Of a stretch of 64,000 bases of DNA, positions 1 through 12,593 are shown in pieces. The position numbers were made by a program, and so were the translations under genes. The DNA lies in assembly GCF_018977255.1 (NCBI RefSeq), contig NW_024704742.1:83702001-83766000 (forward strand), written 5' to 3'. Position 1 is the first letter of the stretch. Every line of letters begins with the position of its first letter. This DNA comes from Callorhinchus milii. Taxonomy: Eukaryota. The notes under the pieces were generated by a model, which was not told where the DNA came from, ran no database searches, and saw nothing but the letters and a program-made list of their open reading frames with translations.

Positions 1-3000
1 AGGAAAAGAGGGAAGAGAGAAAAATTTAACATAAGCTAAGAGCAAAGTGTTACCCCATGAACATTGTGATGAGACGTAGCTCTGGCAAATATACACATGA
101 ATTCAGTTATATACAGATGCAGAAACTGTAATTTAAAGGGGAACTTCCCACAGCTGTGTGTTTTTTTTAAAAACAGGATAAAAATAACTCCTCACTTGTG
201 TTATTGTGATCTGTAGATTTTATCTTAATCCTACACGATTCAGAAGCACAACCACAACTTGCATTTATGGAGCATTCTTCATGTGGGATAACTGGGCTAT
301 ACTTGGATGGGATTGGATTCCGAGCAAGGGAGAAATTGAAGAGTAGGCGTGATTGAAGAGGTAGACTTTCAGGCAAGATTTAAAGACCAATAGAGGAGAG
401 AATTTCCAAGGTTAGGGCCTCCTCGGATTGTATTACTGATCTGCACTCGGCAAACCCAGCACTATAAATGTAAATCATTTAGGATTTTATCTCTAAGGGG
501 TTAAAACTATAGACTTTTTAAAAGAAAGTCTTGTGTCTAAAGGTAAGGAAGGTAAGGAAGATGATTGTGAGATTTGGTTAAAATGGTCATTGATTTTCAA
601 GCAACTGGATTATCATCTGAATGTTCGCAGATTGCCACAATATATCAACTAGCATTTGTATGGCGCCCTACACATGGGGAGTGTCTTAGTTTAACAGGCA
701 GAGCTTGACACTGGGGAGAGGTGAGATGACCATAGGCACAGTCCAAGATGCGATCTGAAGACTTGACAAAGCAGAGGGATCAAGGCAGAGAGTTCCAGAG
801 TCTCGGAGCACAGTGACAAACCACAGCTGCGATGGTGGAGTGGAGGGGACGAGGGCTTGGAGAAGGCCGGAGCCAAATGTTCTTAATATTAAAAGAAATC
901 ATTCCTCCCCTTTCCACACTTGTGTACAACCACCAATTCCATCAGGGAGCAGAGCCGAGCAACTTAAAATATCAGTTCTGACGCTGATTGTAAATAGGAC
1001 CAACTCCATTTACATTTTCAATCAGATGTGTTTAGTGCTCCATATTCGAACCCTACAAGACACACACAGTGTTTCCTATTTGCAGACTAGTACACTTGAG
1101 TAGGCTAATCAAAATTGGTAGTCACTATGGTTACGGCAAAAAATGCTTTAAGGTCATCAAGGAAACATACAGACTGAGGGCCGTGAATTTTCAGTCAGAT
1201 TAAGAAGGGCAAATTGATACAGTGCAAATACAAAATTACTCAATGCTTTTCTGTTGCCTTAACATCATTGTCAATTCAATTCATTTATTTTCACTGCACC
1301 ATTCCCAGCAAGGTGAACGACACTACATGCAGATAGGTCTTTTTTGGGGGGGAAGAGAGGAGTTGGGAAAGAGGTTAAAGAGGGAAACAAAATTCATAGG
1401 GAATGGAAACTACTCCGAATAGCTAGCTCAAATGCAATTTTTTTCATTATATTATGGGGCAATGTCAATGTGATTCAAAAACCTTCACAAACATTGTGGA
1501 TTTTTAAAAAAATGCTTTTAAAATAAATGTTAATTGCTGTTATTTTCTTTCTTTCTCCACCAAAAACATATTTTATCTGGAGTATGTGGTTTCAGCTTCA
1601 ATCTGTCCTTTAGCTTAGCTTCAGGTACAGAATGATTCTCCCATGAAACACAATCAGGTCACTTTACAATATATCCTGTGAAGATTCTGGGACCTCCTCC
1701 TAACGTGCAAGACGTTTTACCAAATAAGGATTATTATTAAATTGTGTGACAGTGTGAACAGGCAGGCACTGCTATTTCTCTGATCTTTGCACAGAATCAA
1801 AACTTCCACCTACTGTTCCTGGGAAAAAAAACTGCTTAAAACCAACACGATTCTGCCTGGAAAGGGAGAGGGGAATAAAAAATAAAACCACAGCACATTT
1901 ATTGGGCTGCTTCAACAAGCGAAAGAAAGATACTAAAAAATGGAAGATAAAATCTTTTTTTAAAAAGAGTTTAAAATTTTGCTCTCTGTAATTAATCTAG
2001 TTTCCCTGCAGTTTCTGTATCTTTGTTTATTTAGAAGATTTCTACTCAGAGCAGTACAGATATGGAACAAGATAACGTAAGTAACTGATGCTGCACTGAT
2101 TAACACCATAAAGAATAGACATGCCCCATCTGTTCGGGAAAAGCACTGGACTATACAGAACAAAGATAGACGTATCACGTTTAGGTGTCCGTTTCGCCCA
2201 CAATATATACAGTCAATTCACTTTACAGAATATTCTGTGAAGCGCTTTGAGATGCCTTAATGATGTGATAAGGCACTGTATCAAATGCAAGGATTATTAT
2301 TATTATTATGTGCAGAGTGAATCAATTCTCTCTAGACAATAAATACTGTAGCAGACTGGTTTTAACTATTGAAGAAGTAGGTAGAGATGGAAACAAGTTT
2401 GGCGTTTAACATTTATTTTTCAATTGAGGGAGTCTTGTGAAGAGATTTATCCAGCTCTAAATTCCCTTTTGTTCAGATCTGGTTTCTCTATCGTTTTACT
2501 ACTCTTACTTCCACTTGTTTTGCACAACATCAACCATTACTCCAATAATAATCTTTGTAATTAGAATAGCATTTTCACAGGATTTACTGTAAAGTGTAGT
2601 GACTGTGTAACATTCACCTGAATGGGCAGACACAGGCACCTTGGTTTAACATTTCATCCGAAGATTGATACTGGGTCATAGCAAGTGGAGGGGAAACATT
2701 TAGCCAAAAATATAACTGATGGAAACCAGAGCCATACCACCAAAAATACAAGTGTAAGCAGAAACATGCTGAGGCCCATCAATGTCAAATGCTGCACTTC
2801 AACACACCACACATAGTGTTAGTTAACATTTCTAAACCAGCGTCCGTTCATAAGTCCTGTAAGAGCTGTAATGGCTCTGGCACATCTTGGACTTATTTTT
2901 CTATCTTTGGGATCCGTAAGACTTCAGTCGAACAGATTTACTCGCAAACTCCTGAACATATTCGGTCAACAGCTATAAATCAGCCAGGATTTATTTTTGG

Positions 3001-3239
3001 ACCATCATTCCTTAAATCACCCAAACACCACCCAAAAATAACCCACCCACCAAAACAAACCTTGCATCATTGACATGTTCACAACATCACAGAATGTATT
3101 AGCAGCACAGTGGAAACAGTGGAAACTCACCTTAAGGATACCCCGATAACGTGGCTAACTTTTTTTTTGAAGTCTAGTTCATTTCAACATATTTACAAAG
3201 TACAGTAATTCAAACCTACTAGACATGTAAACATGGCCT

Positions 3240-4030
3240 GCCTAAACATGGCCAAAATTCCTCAATCTGAGTTCTCATTCCATTTAGCTGGTTAAACTCC
3301 AGCACTACCCATCGCCATTTCCCCTTTTAATACAAATCAACTTCACTGATTGGTCCTGGACTTTCAAATGGGCTGAAGGAAACCCCTCCATTGTGTACAC
3401 CTCGGAGCTCAAACCATGAAATAGAACTGGTTGGACACAGGTCTTATATGCCACACACTTGACATTGCTGTCAATGAAGAGAGACAAGAACCATCAGAGT
3501 GCTCTCTGCCTCTTTATGGCAGAGTAGGACAGTGTCCAAGCAAAAGTTGGTGGCCATAACAATTTTACCACCTATATCAATCAACAATTGGAACTGATGC
3601 CCTTTGTATCTTTCAGTTAATACCTTTGAGGCCTCCTTCTGAAGCTGTGCAGGGCCATAACTGCCAACTTCAGGGCATCTACCATGATGTTCCACTAGGG
3701 TCCAGGGTTCAACACAGCGAGCGCAGCACACAAGATCCCCAGCTGAGCCAGCCAACAGCACAATATCAACGGCTAACAGAAGTGCTGCAATTCTATCAGG
3801 AATGCCTGGAACAGATATGCCACCTTTGATCCCATATCCCTGGTGAGTCCCCGTCAAGCCTTACGTGGACCTTGGAGCTGGAATACACATTCTGAATAAA
3901 ATCTCCAAACCATATATATTTACAAGTGGAACTCCCAGCAGTTTGGTTTGTAGAGTCTTAAGCACAGTAATCTCATGTGTTAGATATGCCTGATGACCAA
4001 AATAACCCAATGTATTTTCAGACAGCAAGA
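3240..4030 (-). mobile_element. Highly decayed LINE RT fragment (neither L2 nor CR1; RTE/RTEX-like)
   Basis: GISVPGIPDRIAALLLAVDIVLLAGSAGDL resembles the LLFADDIVLLA RT motif; VKCVAYKTCVQPVLFHG resembles the post-RT motif K..Y...V.P.L.YG. Confidence 0.55.
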
Positions 4031-4167
4031 TGAACTTTTGTGCCATTAAGACATTACATGTTCAATGTAATCGTACCGAAACAGACATCCTCCTTGCTAC
4101 AACTTCAGACTGTATTAAAGTGTCGCTGCTTCAAATATGCATTCATTATATGCCAACGGATGCTTAC

Positions 4168-4386
4168 CCCAAGAGGATTTTAACAAAGATTTCTTTATTT
4201 GTCCTTGACGTTTCCTTCATAGCAGAAACTTCTGCGTCAAACCAGAAGCCGCGTTCTTCTGGTATCTCTAAATTGTAGTTCACCATCACCACTTGTCCCA
4301 TTTGTAGCTGATCCCACTTCAAAATGGTCCTTGCCCGTGGACGAACATTTTCTGCATGCATTTCCACTATTCCATTCTCTGGATAG
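4168..4386 (-). CDS. UHRF2: UHRF2 coding exon 4 (tandem Tudor domain); gene continues beyond the left edge
   Basis: Acceptor TTTTCTGTGTTTAG|C completes codon GAC with exon 3; translates YPENGIVEMHAENVRPRARTILKWDQLQMGQVVMVNYNLEIPEERGFWFDAEVSAMKETSRTNKEIFVKILLG; donor GG|GTAAGC; 219 nt. No next exon recognised in 1-4167. Confidence 0.95.
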
Positions 4387-4785
4387 CTAAACACAGAAAA
4401 GAGGCAAAGCACAAAATTATTTCACGAAAGTAATAAAGAGATAATGACAATTCCTGCTTAGGATACAAGTGTCCATCAGCAACTAATCCAAACACTCTTC
4501 CTCTATAACTTTCTTAAATGAAAGGAAAATAGCAATGTTTTTTCCCCACCTATATATTGTCAGATTACCAGGAGTCTCCCCAATTTATAGTGAAATCTCG
4601 ACTCTCTTCAGGAAGACATGCCCATGGAAGATAAACTGACAAGACCTTTGAAACAGTTTCAGTTTGTAAAATTATCCACCTGTGAAAATATAATTATCCC
4701 TCCTGGTTTAGGACTGCCCTGGAAACAGATTCAATTGGATCATTTGCTGGTGAGTTAATGTTTACACAGTATTCAACTATGTGTG

Positions 4786-5182
4786 TCAGCCTCTCTCAGT
4801 TAGTTGGTAGCACTCTCTCCTCCGAGTCAGACGGTTGTGGGTCCAAGTCCCATGTAGGGAGTTTGAACTCAGTTTAGGCAAAAACTCTAATATCTTGCTA
4901 GGCGTGTGCCACGTTGAGATAACTCTTTTGATTGAGATGTTAAACTAAGTTCCCAGGTGGACGTTAAAGATCCCATGACACTATTCAAAGAGTATGGACT
5001 TTCTCCCAATGTGATGGCCAACAATCCCCCAAATACAAATGGCCATTCGCTTCATGACCGTGTGTGGTGTATTGCTGTACACGAATAGACAGCTGTGTTC
5101 GCCAACACTTTACAATATATCCTGTGAAGTTTTCCTGATGTGAAAAGTGTTATACCAAATGCAAGGACTATTATTATTGTTA
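4786..5182 (+). mobile_element. Older Deu-domain SINE (family B, SacSINE1/LmeSINE1-like)
   Basis: Head CTCAGTTAGTTGGTAGCACTCTCTCCTCCGAGTCAGACGGTTGTGGGTCCAAGTCCCA; core CAGGTGGACGTTAAAGATCCCATG; same tail as family A. Confidence 0.8.
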
Positions 5183-5198
5183 TCATCTGATATGCAAC

Positions 5199-5508
5199 AA
5201 TAATAATAATAATCCTTGCATTTGATATAGCGCTTTTCACATCTTCTAGACGTCCCAAAGCGCTTCAGAATATACTGTAAAGTGAATTGACTGTATATTT
5301 GTGGGCGAACGCGGCAGCCAATTGAACACAGCAATGTCCCACAAACAGTCATGGATTGAAAATGACCAATTTATTATTGTTTTTTGGAGGGATTATTATT
5401 AGGCATGTGGAGTAAGGAAACTTGCCCAAGGTTTCGCCCTGTCTGGAATTGAACTCAGGTCTCTCACTTGCAAAGCGAGTGCTCTAACCACTGAGCTACA
5501 GGACTCCA
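5199..5508 (-). mobile_element. Full-length young tRNA-Ala-derived SINE (family A: partial Deu domain, L2-type tail)
   Basis: Reverse complement of the 5764-6068 copy; tRNA head at 5440-5508, (TAT)n tail at 5199. Confidence 0.9.
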
Positions 5509-5763
5509 CAATCATTTGTGAAGCAAAATTTCTTGCCCAAAGTCCAACTTCTACATGAATTCTTCTTTGGAAGCACAAAAGTGATTAAAGAATGCATGGC
5601 AGAGAAATAAAATAAAGGTACTGCATTTTGATCCGTCAAGTCTGCTGTTCCAAATTTGAAGTCTTCAAATGAATTATCTGTCAGTAAACTCCTCAAAATT
5701 TTAAGTGCGTCTGCTGAGGCAGATGAACCAGAGAACGAATTGCTAAGGTAGACAACAAGCTTG

Positions 5764-6068
5764 TGGAGTCCTGTAGCTCAGTGGTTAGAGCACTCGCTTT
5801 GCAAGCGAGAGACCTGAGTTCAATTCCAGGCAGAGGGTGAAACCTTGGGCAAGTTTCCTTACTCCACACAGAGCCTAATAATAATCCCTCCAAAAAAAAC
5901 AAAAAAAAAACAATAATAAAATTGGTCATTTTCAATCTACGACTGTTTGTGGGACATTGCTGTGCGCAATTGGCTGCCGCGTTCGCCCACAAATATACAG
6001 TCAATTCACTTTACAGTGTGTTCTGTAAAGCGCTTTGGGATGTCCTCCTGACGCAAGGATTATTATTA
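5764..6068 (+). mobile_element. Near full-length young tRNA-Ala-derived SINE (family A)
   Basis: Head GGAGTCCTGTAGCTCAGTGGTTAGAGCACTCGCTTTGCAAGCGAGAGACCTGAGTTCAATTCC with A/B boxes and anticodon TGC; Deu-like TGTTTGTGGGACATTGCTGTGCGCAATTGGCTGCCGCG; tail GCAAGGATTATTATT. Confidence 0.92.
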
Positions 6069-9044
6069 AGCTTAATAAAATAGAAGCCGAAACTGAGCTA
6101 CAGGACCCCACAATATCAAATGCAAGGATTATTATTATTATCTGTCCGATCTTGCGAGCGAGCGTGTGCATGCATGCATTTGAGCGCGAGTGAGTGAGGC
6201 TAAAGACATACTCTGAGAGGTGGAGGATATCAAACAAATCAACATTCCCTTCAAGAAAAAGGCCACAACATGCTGTGCAAAATATTTGAATCTCTGCATT
6301 CGAAAGAAGGTGTCAAAGGTACATTTAATCTGAGCAAAAATAATAAAATGCTCCAGCAAGGAGAAACTTATTTACGCTCAAACCTGCCTATACTTACTGA
6401 TGTCTAACTGCAAAGTAGAATATTGAATATGAACAGAGAATGTACAACTGTCCCTCTTTCCCCTTCTCTGCCTCCTGACCCCCAGACAGTACGTGTCTGG
6501 TCTGCTCAACAAGCCAGGTGGACCATGTGGACTGCTGGTACCTCTTCCTCTCTTGTCAAAGTGTAAGACAATTGGGCAGGGCCAATCCAGACAACAGCAT
6601 AGGCTTCAATAAAAAAGCTCCATACCATCAAGAGCCTCCTCACTCAACCTATGTTTACCCAATCTTACCTCTTTGACTGGCGAGATAGTAAGAACAAGAA
6701 AAAAGAAGCTCCAAACCCTGACCCTGACAACTTGCAATAGTTATCAAGCAACTCTGGGGAATGGAATGGAGGCTAAGCGAGCAGGCTGAGCCGGCTTCCG
6801 TGCAGAACAAGAGCAAAGAAAATGACAGCTTTCACAAGGCAAGTGTAAAATAGAGAGCAGTGTCACAGACACTTCGCTCCAGCCAGACCTACCCTCGAGG
6901 AATGTGAAAGAAAATAGTAAAAAAAAACAAAGAGCGTGGGTGATGGGTGGGGAAGAAAATAGAATAAAATCAAGTCTTTCAGGATCTTTTCCCCATATAA
7001 TCTTTTATTACAAAACATGGTCGTTCATTCCCAAATTCTCTCCCATAATAAAAAAGCTATGGGGGGGGGGGAGGAATATCCCAGTCACAGATACCTGGAG
7101 AGCTCCAAGTCTGAGGCAAATTTTAAAATCAGTCTTTGTGATAATCAGCCGTGTAGCTGGGCCTTGCAAATGAGCTGTCCTGGCGTGGACAGGAATTTGG
7201 GACAACCGCCTATTAAGCTGCTTCTGAGCAGAAGCTGCCGAGAGAAACTGATTTTAGAAAATTTATTTAAAAAAAGGTGAAAAAGCTCAGGTAGAACACA
7301 AATTAAAAATCGCAGTTGAGTCCAGAATGCTGCAATTCTATCGGGTCTCAATTATGTGGGTCCTCCTGGATTTGTGGGCTATTAATAATGCTGAAGGCTT
7401 CCATGAATATTTAAAAAAAACACTACTTTTAACTAACAACCTTGTTCAAAGGGAACAGGCAGTCTTGGCACAAGAGTTCAAATCGATTCAACGAACAATA
7501 TTAAAATAAGTAGAAAGTCGCTTCGGGTGAGGTTTATATTTACAGAGGGTTGTGCAGAACAAAGAGATTAAAAGGTATTTTTGAAATCAATTCAGACAGC
7601 CTAAAGAAACTTCCAAACACACACTCATAAAATGTCAAATTAGGAAATGAACCACATTAATCTGATCCGAAATTTGAATTTCATTCTTCCTTTCCGCCGC
7701 CTTTCACATCTTATGGCTCGGCTTTCGCAGTTGCATGCTTGCATGAGCCTCTCAACCCATGTAATTGTTCTTCACTTTCGAGTCTGGACAGTTCAGTAGA
7801 AAATGCAACACAGGTTTTTCACTCCCTCTCAGGCAGCTTTCAGTAAGCAAGCATTCAGAAATGGAAGCCGCCTATTTTGGAGTGACACAAAGGACATTTG
7901 TACTGTCACCCTGACTGAGATCAGCTAACACCGTAAGCTGGGAATCCAGACACTCACCTGGTCTATATGACTCAGCACTAAATCAGGCCGATCATTAACT
8001 ACAGCGTCAGGAAGGGAAGCTCTAACTGTACATCTCTCTTTATAGTGACTGGGTTAATAAAGGTTTCATTCCTGAAACCCAATGCAGAAAGCTGCTGCTG
8101 CCGGACAAGAAGAGCACAGGTTCGGTGTTTGTGAAGACGACAAAAATCAGAGAATATTTATTGACAGAAGATGCTCAATTAGACAGTAGGGAAAGTTGAG
8201 ATCAAGAATGCCAAAGAGCTTTCTTCATCGGACCATTTGATCCTGTAAATCCAATAAAAATAACCGATCTTGCTTGAGGGTTTACTGATAGTACAAATGC
8301 ATCACCGCTACAATCCAAATTAACTAAGATTGAAAAGCTGAAATAGCCATGCTGTGCGAGACACACAAGAGAAAACAGTGTATGCACACAATGGGGGGGA
8401 AAAATCACTATTGCCAACCTCAGCTCTACAGCATTCTTGAATATCAAACTCACATTTAGCAGCCAACACCATCTTTAGGCCAGTACAAGTGTCAGTATTT
8501 CACAGAATTCAAACCTCAGCCATGCAAAGAACAGTCCGTATAAGAGTCCCTATGGATCAGTTTACCTTAGCATTAAAAAAAGGATGGGATACAAAAACCC
8601 ATTCAATCCATTAACTTCCAGATGACACAAAGCTTGCCCAATAGTGCATTTTACCACTCTTTACCTCCTGGGGGTAAATGTTCTGCAGATCATCCCCAAA
8701 CCCAAAACTTGGTGAGGCAAAGACTGAATATTTCTTCCCTTCACACAATCTCTTCTCTACAGCAGGTCAAAGACTATTGTACCACTTATTCATCACAACT
8801 GAACCTATTCCTATAATCTACAGTACTGTTCCCAACCAGATAAAGCACGATTGTATCGGGAGATGCTGAGATCCACTCGAATAGGCAATTTCTCAGCATC
8901 CATAGACACCTGCTAAGACACGATGGCCAGAAATTAAAGTTGAAAGACAACTGAAAATTGGAAATAACACTGGTTGTTCTATGGAGCCTGTCCTCCAGTT
9001 GTAAACAAGATGAATTCCACTTGAAGCGGTTCGATTGTAATAAA

Positions 9045-9345
9045 ATCATAATCCTTGTATTTGATATAGCGCCTTATCGCGCAATTGAGATGCATTAAAA
9101 CACCTCACAGAATATACTGTAAAGCGAATTGACTGTATTTTGTGGGTGAAACGCGGCAGTCAATTGCATACAAACAGTCGTGGATTGAGTAAACAATTTT
9201 TTTTAAAAGGGATTGTTTATTACACCTGGAAAGCAGTTTGCCAATCAACTAACAACGAGGTCCCTACTTATTGTTAGATAAACAGAGGCGCGTGGAGTAA
9301 GGAAACTTATCTAAGGTTTTGCATGGAAATCGAACCTGGGATCCT
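9045..9345 (-). mobile_element. Family A SINE, longer older subfamily, head partly lost
   Basis: Same module order as 14812-15166. Confidence 0.8.
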
Positions 9346-9504
9346 GGCGAGTGCGCCTGTAGCATACTGGTTAGAGTACCTGCCTCAAACATCTTACAGT
9401 AATCGGTACATTTCACAGATCTACCTTGAGAGGTTCAAAATACTGGTACACCATGCAGATTTCAAACCCCTGAACTCTTCCATCCCATCCAAAGTGTGGG
9501 GGAC

Positions 9505-9745
9505 ATAAATAAGATAAAAGGAAGTCAAGGAGGCCATCTCTACCCAGAGGGTGGTGAGGACATGGAACTCACTGCAGTAAACTGTGGTTGAAGAGGAAAC
9601 CATTAGCGTATTTAAGAGGAAGCTTCGTACATACATGAGGTAGAAGAGAGTAGAGGGAATTAAGCAGGTTGGAGCCTCATGTGCCTGGGTTATTTTGGCT
9701 GAATAGCCCATTTCTGTGCTGTATCGTTGGATTTAATTCTTTGTA
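9505..9745 (+). mobile_element. Old CR1 3' fragment
   Basis: ACCCAGAGGGTGGTGAGGACATGGAACTCACTGC (TQRVVRTWNSL) followed by CR1-type 3' UTR GGCTGAATAGCCCATTTCTGTGCTG. Confidence 0.75.
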
Positions 9746-12184
9746 ATCCCCTGATAATTAATTCCCCTGTAAACCACAGCAATCAGAATTCCCATTTATT
9801 AAATAATGTGCGACTCATACAAACAAACATTCTCGTCTTATTTCTTCCTCCTCTTCCCCCAGCTGTTAGATTACTGACCTACTTTGCAATTCTGTGTTGA
9901 CAAAAACACAGGAACAGTCTGTGACCGACTTCATCTTCATGCTGCATCCCTAAAACAGTTTTAAGAATTGTAATTTCTAACAGTGCATGCTGCAAACCAC
10001 ATTGGTTGCAGAATCATTCAGCATAGGAAGTAGACATTTAGTCCATTGTGCTGGTTTCTCTACCCATTTATCCCATTCCCTGCTTCCCCACCCCTCATAT
10101 CCTTTTACATTTATTCCTATTCAGACAGTTTGTCTAATTCCCTTTAAAATACAGTCACTCCACTTGACAATATATCCTGTGAAACGTTTTGAGACGTCGT
10201 CCCAAAGTGAAAGGCACTACACCAAATGTAAGGTTTATTTATTATTAAAACTTACTGTTGATTCTGCTTCAGATCCTTTTTTGGTGGAGCATTTCATGTC
10301 CTTATAACTCTTGGTGCATTTAAAAAAAATCTCAAAGCCAATATCTATCTCCTTGTTTTGGTGATGATTTTGAATGTTATGTACACCAAATAGATTTAAC
10401 TACATAACAATGAATGCGCTCTGCCAACGAAGCAGGTTACGCAGTTTATCAAGTTGGTATCCATTCTGATGCAGTGATTTGGGTTTAGAAAATCAGAACC
10501 CGTGATAGAACGGGTCAAGTTATAAAAATGGCTGATGGTCAGCACCTCCATACCTCACAACACTAAATGTACGCACTCAGGAGACCAGGAAACTCTCCAA
10601 TGAGAGTATCCAGCAGTTACTGGCATACCTGGAGGCCTTCTGAGGCTTTGTGTTATATATCATAAGTGTAATACACTTCCAGTGTTGCAACCGCACTAAA
10701 AACAAACCCTCAGCATAAAGGGGTATGACAGTACTGTGTTTATCATGTAAAACACAGATGCACAAATCTCACTGTTGAGATAACCATAACGTAAACAGTT
10801 AAATAAAATCTGGACCAAAAAACATATGCTTCAACCAAAACAAACTTGCAGAAATATCAGAAAGTAAGCACCCACATATTAAATATTAAAAACTTTATAC
10901 ACAAGCTGCAATTGCCAACTTTTTTTAAACTAATTTACCAATTTTTTTAATCAATGATTTACTTTTATTAATTACTAGGTCAGTGGTACAATTCCTAATA
11001 GAGTGGGGGGGGGGGGGGGGGGTGCGAGAGAAGAAGCTCCCCTGAAAACTAGATATAAACCTGTTCGGGTAACCACCTCCCTGGAACAGCGAGGTTGACA
11101 CACCAACGAATACTCAGCGACCACCCTTATATAAAGGCCACTTTGGCCCAGTCTCCTAAGCGGTTGATGAAGACACGTTTTGACTGTATTTCTGACGCCA
11201 CGGCAATGGAGGATAGAATGATAACGTAATACAAGACCAAAGAGGCGTTGTTCTCAGGAAAGGTACAGATCATATTTTGTCATTGGCAAAACGCACAGAA
11301 TTTGGTGGCGATGGGGGAAGAAGCAGAGCATCTTTAAGTGCATAATTTCCAAGTGCAGGATTGAATCTCCAAAGTATGATTTAGTACAGCGCCTTTCACA
11401 GCAGGACATCATCCCAAAGCGCTTCGCAGGATATACTGTAAAATCCAGTGACTGTGTATTTTGTAGGCGAATGTGGCAGCCAATTTGCACACAGCAATGT
11501 CCCACAAACAGCCATGAAGTGAATGACCAGTTTTATTTGTGGATTGTTGGTCACAACAGTGAAATAAACTCAGCTTAGACCATACATTTCAAGAGCTTGA
11601 ACCCACAATCTTCTGAATCAAGAGGCGAGAGTTCTACCAACCAGGCTAGGCTGATACAGCGATGTGATATTACTGTGAAATGGAGAGAACTCTAATTGGC
11701 AGCAGTGGGAAGCAACTAACCAGCTTCTGGCTGTTTTTAAGGCACTGACTTTCTTAGACACATACATGGCAGCCAATTTTGCTGAAACATACCTCCTCAT
11801 TTGAAACAACATTCTTAATTTTGTTGCAAACATTACTTTAAATTTGCTGGATTTGTACCCACTGCAAACAGTTTCTAGCCAGTTAAGCATACACCAAACC
11901 ACTGTAAGTCTTCAGCGGAGAAAGGTTACCAAAAACATGGTGAGAAAAAAAGTCAAAAGGGGCGACCTTTAATATCTTCCAATAATGATCTGAATGTTGG
12001 TTATTAAGACTGCAATTTAATACAATGGCACTTTCACAACAACATGTAAATACCAGATTCCTAAGGGAGTAAAAAGGGGAACATTTTATTCTATTCATAA
12101 AGAAGATAAAAAGTTATAGAGATCTTTCTTGTGAGTGGAATAAGCTCCTGTTACCCACATGCTCATCTACTGTCAAATGAATGT

Positions 12185-12593
12185 CAGCCTGGCTCAGTTG
12201 GGAGCACTCTCTCACCTGAGTCAAAAAAAATGTGGGTTCAAGACCCATGTTGGGACTTGAAATCACATAGTGTAAAGCAGAAACTCCAATGCAGTGCTGG
12301 GGGTGTACTTCAAATGAGATGTAAAACCGAAGTACCATTTGTCTATTCAGGTGCACTTTAAAAATTCCATGGCATTCCACAAAATGTGAAGAGAGTTTCT
12401 CCCTGTGTCCTGGCCAACAATCTTCCAAATACAATTGGTCATTTATTTCAAGCTCTTTGTGGGATATCTGTGCCGTATTTGGCTGCTGTATTCGCCTAAA
12501 ATATAGAGTTGCAAATCCTGTGAAGTGCTTTGGTACGTCCTCTCGATGCTAAAGCTGCTATTCCAAATGCAAGGATCACAAGGATTATTATTA
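12185..12593 (+). mobile_element. Family B Deu SINE
   Basis: GGCTCAGTTGGGAGCACTCTC head, TCAGGTGCACTTTAAAAATTCCATGGCA core, GCAAGGAT tail. Confidence 0.8.

Noticed and set aside
167..376. Possible UHRF2 exon 5 (SCRIKI resembles DCRII)
   Set aside because: Lacks the expected LNDC..I..DEIFKIE motif and overlaps an old L2-like remnant.
5764..5835. Functional tRNA-Ala gene
   Set aside because: Acceptor stem incomplete and the sequence continues into a SINE body present in many copies.
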